Shown one piece after another: positions 50,961 through 64,000 of a stretch of DNA of 64,000 nucleotides. Source of the stretch: Camelus ferus (Eukaryota); contig NC_045696.1 in assembly GCF_009834535.1 (NCBI RefSeq), forward strand, positions 108,564,001-108,628,000, given 5' to 3'. The notes under the pieces were generated by a model. That model did no database searches. It saw only the letters and a program-made list of their open reading frames with translations, and was not told where the DNA came from. Every line of letters begins with the position of its first letter. The stretch's first letter is position 1. A program made the translations under genes and the position numbers.

Positions 50961-51824
50961 ACAAGCCTGGGAGCTCCCACCCCTTTGTCTGGGTGGGGTT
51001 CCCTGGATGGCAGTGGACAGCTCCTAAAGATTATGTCAGGCACCAGTAATGCCACAGTAACAGGGGTTGGTGACAGCACAAGTTGTACAGTCTTACTGGG
51101 AGCAGGGAGAAGTGACTGAGGTCATGTCAGGAAACCAAGAGTGAGTTATCAGGGACCTGGTGGAAAGCAGTGGCATCGAATGGACAGACCGCTGAGGCAC
51201 CCTCCGCTCAATAGGGGAGTTTAGAGAGGCTTGAGGTCTTTGGGATAAACAGGTCTATCATTGGTGAGTGATGAGCACCACACAACCGGAACACTGTTTT
51301 ACTCCATGTGAATATGGTAGTGTCTGAAGTTCTGAGGTGTCTCTTCCTAAGAGGGGGTTGTGCTGGGGGCCTGAGGTGTAGGACTGGAAAACTGTGTCAT
51401 GTCTGTCCCACTGCATGCCCAGGCATCCTGTTTACTCCCCTCAAAATGCAGGCTGCCCCTCTGGAGCATGGAGGAGAGGATGTTGACACCTGAGGAAATC
51501 AGGCTGATTTACTTTTCCTCACTGCTCTGGGACTCTAACATTCCCATAGTCACCTTTATGTCACCTTCTGAACCAGTTTAAAATGAACCCCAGGGACCTA
51601 ACCTTCCTGCAGATGGACATCTGTACCATCTGCATTGACATCGAAGGACAAGGCTCTGATTTGGTGGAACTTGTTTGCTTCACGCCACAGAGGGAGTGAT
51701 TACTTTCGGTACTTTGCCTGGAGTAGATGTCTACAAGGATCATCTGCAAGATCAGAGAGATGGCTGTGGTCTACATTTCAACAGAATTCTGTATGGAATT
51801 CTGAATTTCATTTTAATAACAAAC

Positions 51825-52035
51825 CTTATATGCAAAGTACTATCTTAGGCATTTTGGCACATTACTGGCTGAAATCTCATGTTTCCAATATTGTATGAGG
51901 TAGGAACTATAATCCCTATTTTACAATAAGGAAACTGTAGCTCAGGGACATTAAATAACTTGCCTAAACCATGTGGCAGGTGAGTGCCAGAATCAAGGCT
52001 TGAGTACAGGCCTTGATGGTTCCAAAGTGCATCCT
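51825..52035 (-). mobile_element. MIR SINE
   Basis: tatgaggtaggaactataatccctattttacaataaggaaactgtagctcagggacattaaataacttgcctaa (MIR core, reverse orientation). Confidence 0.7.
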
Positions 52036-54559
52036 TAAAAACACTTTCACCCAGGATGGAGGCGCCTAAAGGTGCAAGGTGCAGGTGTGTTGCAAATGCA
52101 GCTGGGTGCTGGGGGGTAGGAGGCGGGTCTCTCGTGGAGATGGGAAGCTCTTATTCCTGAGTCGTTTCAGTAGCTTTCCTGTAGGAACAGAGCGACCGTG
52201 GTTCCAGGCCGTGCTGAGCACGTCTGCGTCTGTGGCTCATTAGGGTCTTAGAAATACTGGGCCTGTACTCAGGCAATTCTCCTAATCATAACAGTTAGTA
52301 ATAAGAAGAAATGACTAGTCAAAACAAGGAGGGACCCTGCTGAGAGGGATTTCGGGAGCATCAAAGAACGAGTGCTACACGTTTCACCAAACACCAATGT
52401 TTGTAGAAAGTATTTCTTGTTTCTCCTGCTTCAGTGGAGCTAATTGTCTGGGAGACAGGGAGTGGATTTCACCTTCTGGGAAAAGAGGCAGCCCCTCTAC
52501 CTAGCCTAAGCTGAAGCCTGGGTGTCTAGGTTTCCACGGGGCTGCAGAAGCCCTTGGAGGACAGCTGAGGCCCCTGTACCCCAGAGCAGTGTATCTCAGT
52601 AGGAATGTGTTAACAGGCACCTTGTGCCACTGCCCGTGTAGGGGAGGGGCAGAAGGTGGAGCCTTCTATCTGTGGCCCACGGCAAGGCCAGAGAGAGGGA
52701 AGCTTTGACATGACTCCCACCTCAGATTCCTAGGGACACTTCAAGTCAAAGAGAGCTACAGGTCATGTCACCTTAAAGATGTAGCCTTCAAGACCTCTTT
52801 CCTGGCCCTGAAGTGAGGCCTCAGGGCTTTCTGGAGTGTTGAGAGGTGTCCTGGATTCATTCACTAAGAGAAAATCGGGCTAAGTGCCAGCTTGGTGAGC
52901 TTTGGCAGGTCACTCACGCTCTCTGAGCTTAACCTGTCATGGATTCTTGACTGATCTGTCTCCCTGTGTGACTGCGGCCCCACTGTGTGCTATATGCCCT
53001 GTATGAAAGATTACATACAGTATGAAAAGCTCTCTGTTGTCTACCTTGAGGAGCTCAAAGTCTGCAGGGGAGCTGGGCACCAGCCCAGCAGCTACACAGA
53101 CCACTGAGTGACAAGGCCGCTGTAAACGCACCCCCATGCCCCCAGGCCTGCAAAGCGCCAGGCACTGTGCTGCGGGGACATGGAGGGCCACTGCCCTCTT
53201 CCCACCGGCGAGGGGATCAAATGGCAGAATGTATGTTGAAGCATCAGTGTATCTTAGTGCACTCTACATGCACAGAAGACTGTCCGGTAGAGTCTCCCAG
53301 GAATCCCTGGCCATCCACTCCACCTTGGAGCAGAGAGAGTGACCACTTGCACACCTGTACAGTGAGCAAAAGACACTGCGTCCAGAACCGTCGACCCAAA
53401 GGCCCTCTGAAGCAGGAAGACATCTTCTCTATGGGACCTCTCAGGCCTGTATACAGGGCTCCCACCCCAGTCGGGGGCAGACTTTACGTTCCCAGGCCCT
53501 GGCATGGCATCTCTGGCTCAGGTGGTCCCCAGAGATAGAGGTCCCATAGGCCTTCCTGCTGAAGAATCACACACTAGGCCACATCCTGGCAAGGCAGGTT
53601 CCAAGATGCTTTCTGTTACCAGAGGCAACAGTCTCAGCCAATTAGAATCTTCCTGAAGTCAGAGGACATTGGGACACACTTCAGTCTTTGGCACAAAGGG
53701 ATAGACCTTACTTGGGCAGAGCCTCCCACAGAGCAACTAGGTCTGGAACGTCATTCCTAACTGATGCACATCCAGACCCTGAACAACCCCAAACCACTCA
53801 TCTGATTTAGCATGTCCTGACAGTCCAGAGCTTGGTGATTTCCCCTGGTGCTGAGGCAAGTGTGGAGACTGAGAGCTGCAGAGAAATTTAGAACAAGGAA
53901 ACTGATGCTATGTGTCTTGATATGGGGTTGGCAGTCACTGACTGGTCAAGGATGAGGGGCACACACATGATGGGAGCCTTGCAGGTAAAGCCTCTCAGCT
54001 TCCCCGAAGTACTCTCAGCACACAGAGCATGGCCAACTGTGAACTCTCAGATACAAGGTACTGACGAGGGATGGGCATGGATCTTCAGGGTAGCTTTTAA
54101 AAGAAGATAATCATCTGGACCAGACTGGACCAGACAACTGCATGTGGGAGTGAGGAAGCAGCAGTGGTAGCTGGGAAGAGGTGTCAAGGCCACTGCACAA
54201 TGAGCAGTCTTCTCTCTCCACCATCCCCAGAAAGAAGGTGGTACCCATGAAAGAGGCCTGCATCTCCACAATTCGTCAGAAGAGACCAAAAGCCCCCTCG
54301 CTGTGGGACAGAATTTTTCTAGTTGTCATAATTCTCCATCTTTTTTTAGAGTCTGTATAACAGGATGGCATCAAAAGAATAGCTGGGAAGACACTATGGG
54401 TTCCAGAGTCATGGATTATTCATTTGATTTTCCCTGGGAATGCACAGAAGAACCCCCCCAAGCACCGACTTCTATTCTAAAAGAAACTTGTGCTGCCTCT
54501 GTCCATCACTGAAGGGCACAAACGAAGACTTGAGCACATGCTCCTAAAGGAAGAGGTAT

Positions 54560-55660
54560 ACATCATAAAGGTGATGGTCTTCTCCAAAGTTATCCATACA
54601 CTCAACGCTATCCCAGTCCCAACCGAATAGGATTATTCAGTGAGCTGTGCCAAGCTGATTACAAGTTCATCTTGAAGATAAAAATGTTTAAGAATGGGCA
54701 AGATATTTGGACAATGAATAATACGTACAGACTTGGTTTACCAGTTACTGAAACATATTATGAAGCTACTATCTTTAGAACAGCTCAGAGCTCATGCCAG
54801 AAAAACCAAAACAATCAATGAGAAAGAAAACAAATCAGTATGTGCAGGTATTTAGTCTGTAATAAAAGAGGCAGCTCACTAACATGCGGACAACACAGGT
54901 AGGGTTGAGAGGGTCTTATTTTTAATAAGAGAAATAAGAATATCAATATCATATCCTATGTAAAAATGAATTTCAGATGGAGGAAAGAGCTAAAAATAAA
55001 TTCTATGTAAAGAATTAAAACAAAATGATAGAAGAGAGGGTTTTTATACCTTAGAGTGGGAAGGACATATATAAAACCCAGGCAAAAGTCAATATATACT
55101 CCCTCAAAACCAGAAAGAAAAAGATGATCAGGTTTGAGCTAAAAAATTAACCTTGATAACGGACCCCCAAAAACCTACATGTGTCCATAAGAGTTAAAAA
55201 TAAGTGGAGGGCAGGGGGGCAAGGTGTCACAAATAATTATGGCATCTAGAAACCAATTTTTAAAAATAGAAAAAGGGCAAAGGTTATAAACAGTTCCCAG
55301 AAGACAAAATAAATTGGTCCATAAATAAATGAAAAATACACACTAATTTATAATGAGGGAAGTACCAGTCAAAATTACTGGAGATCGATCAGTCAAAACG
55401 GTGAAAGCTAGAAGTCTGGATAATATCCAGTTGAGCCAGCACGCGGAGAAGCAAAGTGTGCACCACTGGTAGGGGTGTAGCCCGGTCGAGTCCTCAGAGG
55501 AGGCACTTTGGCAGTATCGATTGGCTTTCTGAGTGCCTGTACCCAGCAATCCAACGATTCTGTTTCTAGGAGAATTTCCTCCACAAATACAAGCTTATGT
55601 GCCCCCAAGGTATGTCTGAGCATTTTCATGGCAATATTGTTTATATTAGTGAAATACTGT
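54560..55660 (+). mobile_element. Ancient L1M (L1ME-like) ORF2 3' fragment
   Basis: A-rich; tctccaaagttatccatacactcaacgctatccca, aagctgattacaagttcat, aaaagggcaaaggttataaacag, gacccagcaatcc-like and atggcaatattgtttatatta landmarks. Confidence 0.7.
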
Positions 55661-55959
55661 TGACCTGAACAGTGGGCTGAACCTCAGGGTCTGGCTAACA
55701 CAGCAGAGGTCACTGCCTCCACACACCACACCCCTACACTTCCCACCTCCCCACCCACAATTCTCCTCTCTTCCCTAGTCTCATTGAAGACACATTTCCC
55801 AGCCACTTGCACACAGATCACACGATGAGCCTTGACCAATGAAATGCGATCCTTCACGGTCTTCCTTGGGCGGGATCGTCAGGTTGCATCAGGCCAGCTC
55901 GGAGGCAGCGGCCCTCCTTCCCGAGGGACGCAGCCCAGCCCCGAGGGTAAGGAGCCCTG

Positions 55960-56170
55960 AACCCAGTCAGGCCAGAGTGGAAATTGGACCCTGCCGCTCA
56001 CTAACGTGTGAGCTAGGGCAGGTCACTTGGCCCTTCCGGGCCTCAGTTTTTTCATCTACAAATTGGGAATAATAGTAGCAGCTATCTTACATTGTGTGAG
56101 ATTGAGAAAATCCACCTCAGGGCTCTTAGCACAGCCTAACTGCAGTAGGACCGTAATCAGTGCCAGCTAT
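55960..56170 (+). mobile_element. MIR SINE
   Basis: gctcactaacgtgtgagctagggcaggtcacttggcccttccgggcctcagttttttcatctacaaattgggaataatagtag. Confidence 0.7.
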
Positions 56171-58169
56171 TATGCTAGGCTGACTGTTAACACACTTACA
56201 GCTGGTCGTAGTCGGTGGGGGCCAGGATCAGGCACACAGACTTGGGCTCTGCCCTAGGCTGTGGTTGTGCACAGCCTTCCCCGTGCCGGGGGTGCAGGCA
56301 TGGGCATGGCTAACCTCATCAGAGCTGCCTGCAGCCCTTTCACAGGCACCAGCACAAGGCCTGCCCTTCACGTACTGGGAGAGTGAATTCTCGCCCCACA
56401 TACAAGTTCCCCCCTGCTGGCCAGCAGACAGCATCCTTTTTGGGGGAACCAAATGGTTCTCGAGCTCCGCTCACTGAGCACTGGCAGGGTTTTGTGGTGA
56501 CCGTGGCTTCCCATCACCCACCTGCCCCTTTTCCCCAACCACCCACCTTCTGTGCACATCTCAGTACACAGCTGCCATGCTGGCTTCACTCCACTCTGCG
56601 CTGCTGAGCATCCTGTATTACCCTTTCCAAGGTGAGCAGAGCCTAGAAGTATCCCAGAGGAGCTGTTCAAAAGGCCACCTTGAGCATCTCCTACAAGTCT
56701 AAGCCCATAGCCATAGGGGGCTGAGCTGGGGGCGGGGCAGCACCCCATTACTACCATTGCCCCAGCCTTCTCTCCACACAATGGGGAGTGAGGACAGAGC
56801 AACCTTTGTGTCCAAGTGGCTTCTAGCCCTCTACCTGCCAACCCGTGAGAAAAGCCACCCTTCTTAATGTGGCTTCAGAGTCAAGAGTACCTTGACTGAG
56901 CAGGGCGGAGGTGGTCTCTGGCACAAGCTGGAAAGAATCCCAGCCCTTGCACTATTGACTTGGGACTGCAGACTGCTCTTTCTCTGCGAAGTCCACCGTG
57001 ACCATTTACTCACAGAGGCGTCCAGCCTTCCAGCCCATAGCCAACCCCGTATCAGGTGTCTGGCTCCGATGGGGCACTTTAGAGCCAATTGTGTGGAAAG
57101 TTTCTCAGAAGGACAACACAGAGTTTCAAAACAAATCACTACAAAATGCTGGTGTCCTGATCCTATGCCACACATAATCCAGAGCTCACGGACACACCCA
57201 AACTAACCATGAGATCCATCTCTTTCTACTTCACCCAACTTCCCATACAATCAGGAGCCCTCTTGGCAGGCATCACCAGCCTTCTTTGTACACTTCCAGT
57301 TGGAGAAGATCACTAATTACTCAGGAGGGTTTGCTCTCTAGGATGCTGTTTAGATAGAATCTATCCCTACATGAAGTTGAAAGTCGCTTCCTTCTAAATC
57401 TCTGATGAGAGTTAAAGACACGTGGGGCCCCTGGTCTTTGTCACACCCCAGTGAAGCCATCAGTGACGTTTGTGGGTCTCTGATCCTGGCTGCCTTGCTG
57501 CATCCACACGTGTTACCAAACCAGGAAATCTGGAAGATCACAGTCATTGTTTGGGAAAATGTTGGCTGGTACCAAGTTTCCAATACGGCAGCTGGGGGTT
57601 CAGGGAATGACCAACGGATTGGAGCCAGGGACCCCACTGAGTGTAATGGAGTTGAGGGTGGGTTCTGAAGTTGACGCAGGCACAAGGTCAGTGATCAGTA
57701 GCAGTGGCATACAGTGGGTCCATGTAGTTTCCAGGACTGACTGGCAGGGGTGACCTTGGAAGGTGACTGCAAAGAGGACACTGGCCAGAGGTGAGATACA
57801 TCCGAGATATGATCCTACTATGAAACCTGGGCTTGGCCTCTGGTTCAGAATTGGATCAGGATCTGATTCTGGGTTACATGGGTGGAAGAGGGGGGAAGAG
57901 GGGGACCAGGACCCTAGTCACAGCTGGGGTCCACCTGTGAGGAGCTGGGAACCAAGATGGTCTGCACAGGTGATACACAGATTTGTGATCACATCATGAT
58001 GGGATGGAGAAGGGAGTGTCGGTGTCTGGACCCAGCCAACCTAGGGTGGCTCTCTAGAAGCAATTGCTCTAAAATGTCCATTTCCCTACATTTTTTCCAT
58101 TCTTATTTTGGACTGTGCAATTCAGATATGACTCAAACCTTATTCGTAACAACCAAAACAAAAGACAAC

Positions 58170-58365
58170 AATTTACTGAGCACTGACCATTTGTCTGTTA
58201 CTGAGTTAGTGACATACATCACCACAACTGGCACAATAATAAACAATATCCTCATTCTATAGAAAAGAAACAGAGGTTCAGAGAGGTTAAGTAACCCAGG
58301 CAATGGAGGCGTGGGGCCAAGAGTCAACGCTGGTCTACCTGATGCCAACAGCAGAGCTCTGATGA
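58170..58365 (-). mobile_element. MIR SINE
   Basis: atttactgagcactgacc…atcctcattctatagaaaagaaacagaggttcagagaggttaagtaaccc. Confidence 0.7.
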
Positions 58366-58649
58366 CTTGCCCCTGTTGGGCACCTACATATATGAGCACA
58401 GAAGGGGTAAAAAAATCAGATCACCCTGTCAACAGCTGCACAGAGAAAGCCCTACACCTGAACAGATCTGAATAGAATATTCAGGGCATGCAACTTCTTT
58501 CCTGGGGATGAGGTAAGACGCTGGCAGAGGACAGAGGAGGCAGAGCCGTTCGCCCCTGACTGTCTTCTCCTTTGAGGAGGAGAATTGGAGCAGGGAAGAT
58601 TTAAGAGCCCTGAGCTACAGCTGCCATCAAGTTCCCGCATCCATCCCAG

Positions 58650-60110
58650 ACCAGCCCCACCTGGGACCAGAGTCTGCAAATTAGACATCAGAGCCATTGC
58701 CTGAAGGCCACCAAGGTGCATGCATGACAACAGAGGATCCTAGAGCCATGGGGTAGACAGCTTTGTTCTGATTTTCAAAATAGAGAAGAGAATAGATTAA
58801 ATGAATAAATTTTACCTCAACTCCTCCTACTTCTAAAACTTCATAGTTAAATCAGTGCTTTGAGAGCCTCAAGGAAACAGTGCCAAAAATCAGCATGGGG
58901 CTCTCGGTATACATCAGGCCAAGTGACACTGCTTCTTTGTCTAAAAGTTTATGAGCCTTTAGAGAAAAAGGATGTAGAGAGCATACCTGGATTTCAATAA
59001 TGGTAACTGAAAAAAGTACATAGATACTTGTGGACCAAAAGAAGAAACGTTAGCTAAATGGTAACTCCAATGCTCAGATTGTAACTGCTTTGAAAACAGC
59101 ATAAAAGTAGGGTGGGCAACTCCAATAATAGTAATAAAATAAAATAGCTTACTTTCATGGACAGCTTCCTATATGCCAAACACTGTTCTAAATAGTCTTA
59201 CTACCTTCAATACCCTTGATAGAACAGTGAAGCAAGTGCTAATATTATATCTACTTTATGAACGAGAAAATGGAGACACAGAGAAGCCTTGTCACTTGCC
59301 CCACATCACACAGCTGGCAAGTGTCAGAGCAGCTCTTGAATCCAGACCGCAGCACACAGACACCAGAGCCCACACTCCGAACAATTAGCTAACACTTGTC
59401 ATTTGAAAGACTCTAAAATCAGTTTTCACCATGATCTATACTTGAATGAGCATATGTCTAGATCCACAAGGCAAAATGACTGAAGTTACACGTCTAAGGG
59501 CAGAAAACAGGAAATCCAAGTGGGCAGCATTTCCTGAAGGACAAATAAAAACTCTGAATGTTTAGGGGTCAAAAAGTCTTGTCGGAGCCCACAGTGTGAG
59601 AGGCTGCAACCAACGTGAACAATCAACCGTATCCCAGACACAGGAGAAAACCCACCGTGCTTCCACTGGACCCTGCTTGGGGGTGAGCGTCATATGTTTC
59701 ATCCTGTCTGCTGTATTTTACGAGTTGTACTGATAATTGTGAGAGATTCGGGAAAGCCGGGACACCGGGGCTCAGGATAACATAACAGATGTTTAGGCTA
59801 CAGCAGGTGATTAACAAAGGATGAGAAAGTTGTTCTTAAGCATTGGAACCACTGCTCCCGCCTGCAGAACATTGGTCCTCAATGGTGGACCAACGGTGAG
59901 GAGGGCTGGGAGGCAGTGGCCAATCCAAGGTCCAGAAAATTCCTCTGACAGTGATGAGTGATGGCTGTCTAGCAGCGGACTGGAGCCGCTCTGCAAAACA
60001 GATCAGCTATCTGCCATCACAGATATTCAGAAAAATAAAAATGGAATGACTACCTCTCAGGGTTACTGGAGAGACTGAGCTGACCCCAGGGAGGAGTTTG
60101 GGTGGCAGGA
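58650..60110 (+). mobile_element. Probable CR1/L3 relic interrupted by a MIR (about 59125-59385)
   Basis: gttctgattttcaaaa (VPIFK-like), cagcatggg (QHG), atacctggatttcaata (YLDF) are CR1 RT landmarks; MIR core gaaaatggagacacagagaagccttgtcacttgccccacatcacacagctggcaagt. Confidence 0.45.
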
Positions 60111-61493
60111 CTGACAAGGCTGCTCTGAGTGTTAATAATCTGTGACTCCAAATGCCCGTAAGGTGAAACGCTCTTAAGATGAAAAGCTGAAACAGACACG
60201 TCAGCGCCCATGCCCGGCTATCAGCTTAAAACTTAGAGCTAGACAATGCCTCCTAAGGGTTCCACCCATGTGGGTCCAACAACTGTGAAAAGAAATTGTA
60301 GATTATAGAAGTGTGAACGCCTGTGTACACAGGCCACACTGACCCTTCTTGAAACAGCAGTGACAGTTATAAATAGCTTTCAGCTCGCCGTCACACTCCT
60401 TCAACTCTGCATCCAGGTGTTTATGTGATCCAAACCCAGGCACTCCGAGAGTCAGCTTACCCTATGACTCTTGTTCATCTGTGACCTTTGATGGAATTTC
60501 AGGTCAAGGAAAACACAGATTATCTCCCCCTCAAAAGCACAAATGATATGTTTTATGTGCAGTGTGGATTACATATCAGGGTAAAACCAAGCAGCAACTT
60601 CACGCATGGAAAGCGGCACCTGGTGGCTCTTTTACTAAAGCCCTGCTCAGCAGTGGGTGAAGCTGACCTTGAGTTCATCTTTAATAGGTTGCAACTCCTA
60701 GATGAAGAGGTTGATGCTTCTGAAAGGGTTAACTTTTGAAAAGTCTTTAAAATCATCCCCAATGTGTAGGCACGTAGGCCAGTGAGTCAGCAGTCCCCAA
60801 ATAGTAATACAGGATTCCTGTTCTCTGTGGAATGTTTGCCGCCCTGGGGGACCTTCGTGCCATACTGGCCTGAGGGGCCCCTCCCTGCTGTGGTGGTCCC
60901 CAGAGGCTTCCTCTGGACCTATTTCCTGCTGGGTGGGGTGGAGGACCACCTGAGGAGTGAGGCCAATGACCCATCCCTCTGCCCACCTGATTGCCCGTCT
61001 GAGCTCAGGTGAATGGTCCCCACCAGTCACTTTGCTTCTGCCTTTGTTTCCCCCTCAGCCCTCCCTGAGTCCACCTGGCCAGGTTGTGCTCGCTGGTTTC
61101 CACTCTCTCCCCTATCACTGCGCCCAGCCCCAGCTGATGTTGGACTTTGGAGGTCCCCACACGGCTCCAACCACCCAAGAGTGAGAATGTGATGAAAACA
61201 GAGCAAGAGCACGTGAGGGTGGTTCTGAGAGCTAGTGAGATGCTGGAAACAGGCAAACACAGGCACACACTCACATATTCGCCCTCATATCACACCCAAC
61301 CGCTCCTCTTCCTCAGGCAGGTATTCAGTCCCTCTCTGTCTCTCTGTCTCTGTCTCACTCTCCCCACCTGGTACATGGGACATGGATGGGGAGGAGTAGG
61401 GCCTGTGGTTTCAGTCTGTAGGTATTCACTCAATGTCCTTTCTCCCCAGGAATCACAAAGCAGAGGACAGAGAAACACGACCCAATTCTAAAG

Positions 61494-61696
61494 CAATGTT
61501 CTCAAACTTTGGCGAGCTTCGGAATCACTTGGAGGTCTTGTTAAAACTCAGGTCTCTGCCTCTTCTCCTGCCCCACTCTCCATCCCCAGAGCCTCTCATT
61601 CAGGAGGTCTAGGGAGGGGCTGAGAATCTGTGTTTCTAACAGGTTCCCTGGGGGCACTGAGGCTGCTTGTCCAAGGACTGCATGTGAAAGCCACTG
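61494..61696. mobile_element. MER5-like hAT-Charlie MITE
   Basis: caatgttctcaaactt…gaatcacttggaggtcttgttaaa…ggtctagggaggggctgagaatctgtgtttctaaca…aaagccactg. Confidence 0.8.
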
Positions 61697-63399
61697 CTAT
61701 AAAGGAAACAAGCCATCACTGGCCAGCTTGTCAAGCATGAGCCAGCAGGACCCGAGATAGTAGAAGGAGAGTATTATCTGATGTCCTTACAGACTTTTCA
61801 CAACATCACGAAGGCCATCAGACCTGGCTGCAGAGGACTTCCTCCTTTCTTATCCCAAGGTTCATTCCACCCTCTGGCCCTGGTACTCTGCTCTCCCTTC
61901 CACCCAGCCTGCCTAGAAAGACCGGGCTCTGAGCAATGTCACACTTCTGGGCGGGCCATCCAAGAAGCAAGTTCCTGGCATCATAAGGACCACCCTGCTG
62001 CACCGGGATGATTGGGATGAAAGAGAGGGACAGCTGCCAGCCCCTTAAAGGATGAAACATGAGCTTAAAAAAGAGACATAGGATTACGCAGAGATGGGAG
62101 AGGGAAGAATGGATTCTTATCCTTCTCTGTAGGAGGCAGATTCAAGAATGAGAGTGACAGCAAACCACCGTCACCACCACAACCAGTGACAGCGTCCTCC
62201 TGAAGGCTGCCAAATTCTAGCTCTCACTGTGTGTGAGGTTGTGCCCTTGGAGGCAGACAGACCTGAGTGTTTATCTTGGGGCTTCGCTGACATCCTGTCA
62301 TTTAATTCTCACAACCTCCTAATTTGGGTTCCATCATGCCCAGATCTGCCCACTAGAAGCCCCTGTTCACAGAGGCTGTCACCTGCCCCAGGTCACATGC
62401 CTTCAGGCTCTACACCCAAAGCCCCTGCCTTGTCCCTCAGGTTCCTGGCCTCTCTGTGGGAGTCAGGAGGGAGGTCAGGGATAGTCACTGGGCAATCCCA
62501 GAGGGCTAGCAGACATTGTGCCTCTGGTGGGAGGGGACAGCAGGCAGGTCCAGGGATAAGACAGTGAGCTCTAAAGCCCCTTCTTCATTCCACTTCCATG
62601 ATCAGAGGGAAACCCATTGCATCTAGAGAAGAAATAAAGAACCAGGACAAGCACTAGCTTGTCTCTGTGATCCATCAAAGTTTGTCCCACGTGAGTGATA
62701 GAAAAAAAAGGTTTCTGTGGTCAGAAATGTAACAAGATAATTATTTTTACACCAATCCTTCCGCATGGTTTTTGGCAGACAGCAATTTTATAAGGCATAA
62801 TTATCTATTTTCACTTGCTTCATAAATTCCTCCTTCCCATTTCGTCTCCCCATAAATAGAAATTATTTAAAACTGAAAGACATCCATTTCGGTGCTTGGT
62901 TTCACGTTGCCAGGCACTTCCTCCCGCGCGTTCCTGGCTCCTGCCTCTCTCTACCTGGTCCCGCCCAGCACACCTCCAGAGCCATCAGATCCTCCTGTGA
63001 AACATGCTTGTCTGACCCTGAGGAGTCACTGAGCCCTTGCTCCCTGAGGACTGAAAGTCCATCTCGCCACTCCTGTCCAGCTTCGGTCCCAGAGGAGAGG
63101 GCGTGGCAACATCCGGAGGTCTCAGATGCTCCACCGGCACCTCCCTCTTTCTCCCACAGCATGTCTGCTCATGGTGGCCACCACCTTCTCACTTGTTTTC
63201 TTTGGGATCTCCAGGCCGAGGTGACTGGTGACTATGATCTGAGCCACACGGTGGATTCTGCTGTGACTCTCAGGGCCGGCGTGAAACCTGTACTCCGCCC
63301 CCTGAGGATGTCACTTTTATTTTTAGATCTCCTATCGTGCTGGAAGCCTCCATATCCGCTGCAATCTTCACACTTTCCAGGGATGTAACCACAGCAAGT

Positions 63400-63600
63400 T
63401 CTAACATTGATTGAGAGTTTACTATGAACCAGGCGCTCTGCCAAAGACTCCATCATACTGTTTTGCTTAATCCTCATAACAACCCAGAAAGGCACACATT
63501 ATTATGAGGTTGTGAGAAGAAAAGGACAGAGTGTAAGAAAGTTAAGAAATTAGCTCAAGGTCACAGAGAAGGTACCAGACAGAGTCAAGATTCAAATATT
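63400..63600 (-). mobile_element. MIR SINE
   Basis: cattgattgagagtttactatgaaccaggc…ttaatcctcataacaaccc…aagttaagaaattagctcaaggtcacag. Confidence 0.7.
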
Positions 63601-64000
63601 CGTATGGGCCGTGCCAAGCCCACCTTTCCAGTGCTTCACGAAGACTGATAATTCAGTAAGCATTCCCAGGACCCACTCAAGGTTGGAGCAGTCTGGGGAT
63701 GCCAGAACTCCCCGGGGGGCCCCAGGGAGGGAGAAGGAAGGTGGCAGCTTCCTCATCTGAAGCTCAGTAAACTTCAAGTTGAGAGTCGGCTCCTCAGCCC
63801 ACAAACTTCTCAACCCCTCCGGGCTGGTGGAGCTGCACTATCCCCTTGACCTCTCCCCCTCCCCTCTGCTGTAAGTGGCCCTTTGGTAACTCCTCCTCAT
63901 TAAAGGTGGCCCCTACTGTCCACTCCATGTAGCCTGGCTTCTTTCAGAGGGTTAGGTTAGCAGGGAGGGCCAGGCCCACCTATATGACCTGCCTCTAGCA

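Larger units (their letters stand above)
1..64000 (-). other. EPHB1: Internal part of EPHB1 transcription unit (approx. intron 4 to intron 9); 5' exons lie beyond 64000 and kinase exons before position 1
   Basis: Five spliceable minus-strand exons join in frame to give FN3-FN3-TM-juxtamembrane sequence matching EphB1 as recalled. No cysteine-rich exon or kinase-proximal (YIDPFTYEDP) exon was seen in the window. Confidence 0.95.

Noticed and set aside
60615..60630. CTCF-like motif (minus strand CCACCAGGTGCCGC); another at about 56407-56423
   Set aside because: Each mismatches a highly conserved core base; not supportable without ChIP data.
1..64000. A novel multi-gene, prokaryotic-type or CRISPR-like system
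   Set aside because: The sequence is mammalian intron/exon DNA throughout. I saw no operon-like ORF density, repeat-spacer array, processed pseudogene or foreign insert.

Overview
Mammalian genomic DNA, very probably camelid (alpaca, llama or camel), inferred from six tRNA-Ala-derived SINEs with the Vic-1-type tail. The whole window lies inside the minus-strand receptor tyrosine kinase gene EPHB1. Five coding exons are resolved to the base, all with GT-AG splice sites and compatible phases: 43230-42895 (336 bp, FN3-1), 18709-18585 (125 bp), 11506-11344 (163 bp, completing FN3-2), 7410-7302 (109 bp, transmembrane) and 6415-6351 (65 bp, juxtamembrane). They probably correspond to exons 5-9; the flanking exons lie outside the window. 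The rest is intron containing SINEs, L1s (one with a clean twin-priming 5' inversion), L2/MIR/CR1 relics, hAT MITEs and solo LTRs. Nearly all ORFs in the track are noise. I see no evidence of a new protein-coding system. The best leads are regulatory or evolutionary: a sense-oriented MER41-like LTR carrying overlapping GC-box/NF-kB/GAS motifs plus an IRF motif, an RE1/NRSE overlapping a Maf palindrome, and a very CpG-dense exon with clustered amino-acid changes. Repeat family names come from recalled consensus sequences, not a database search, and old-repeat boundaries are approximate.
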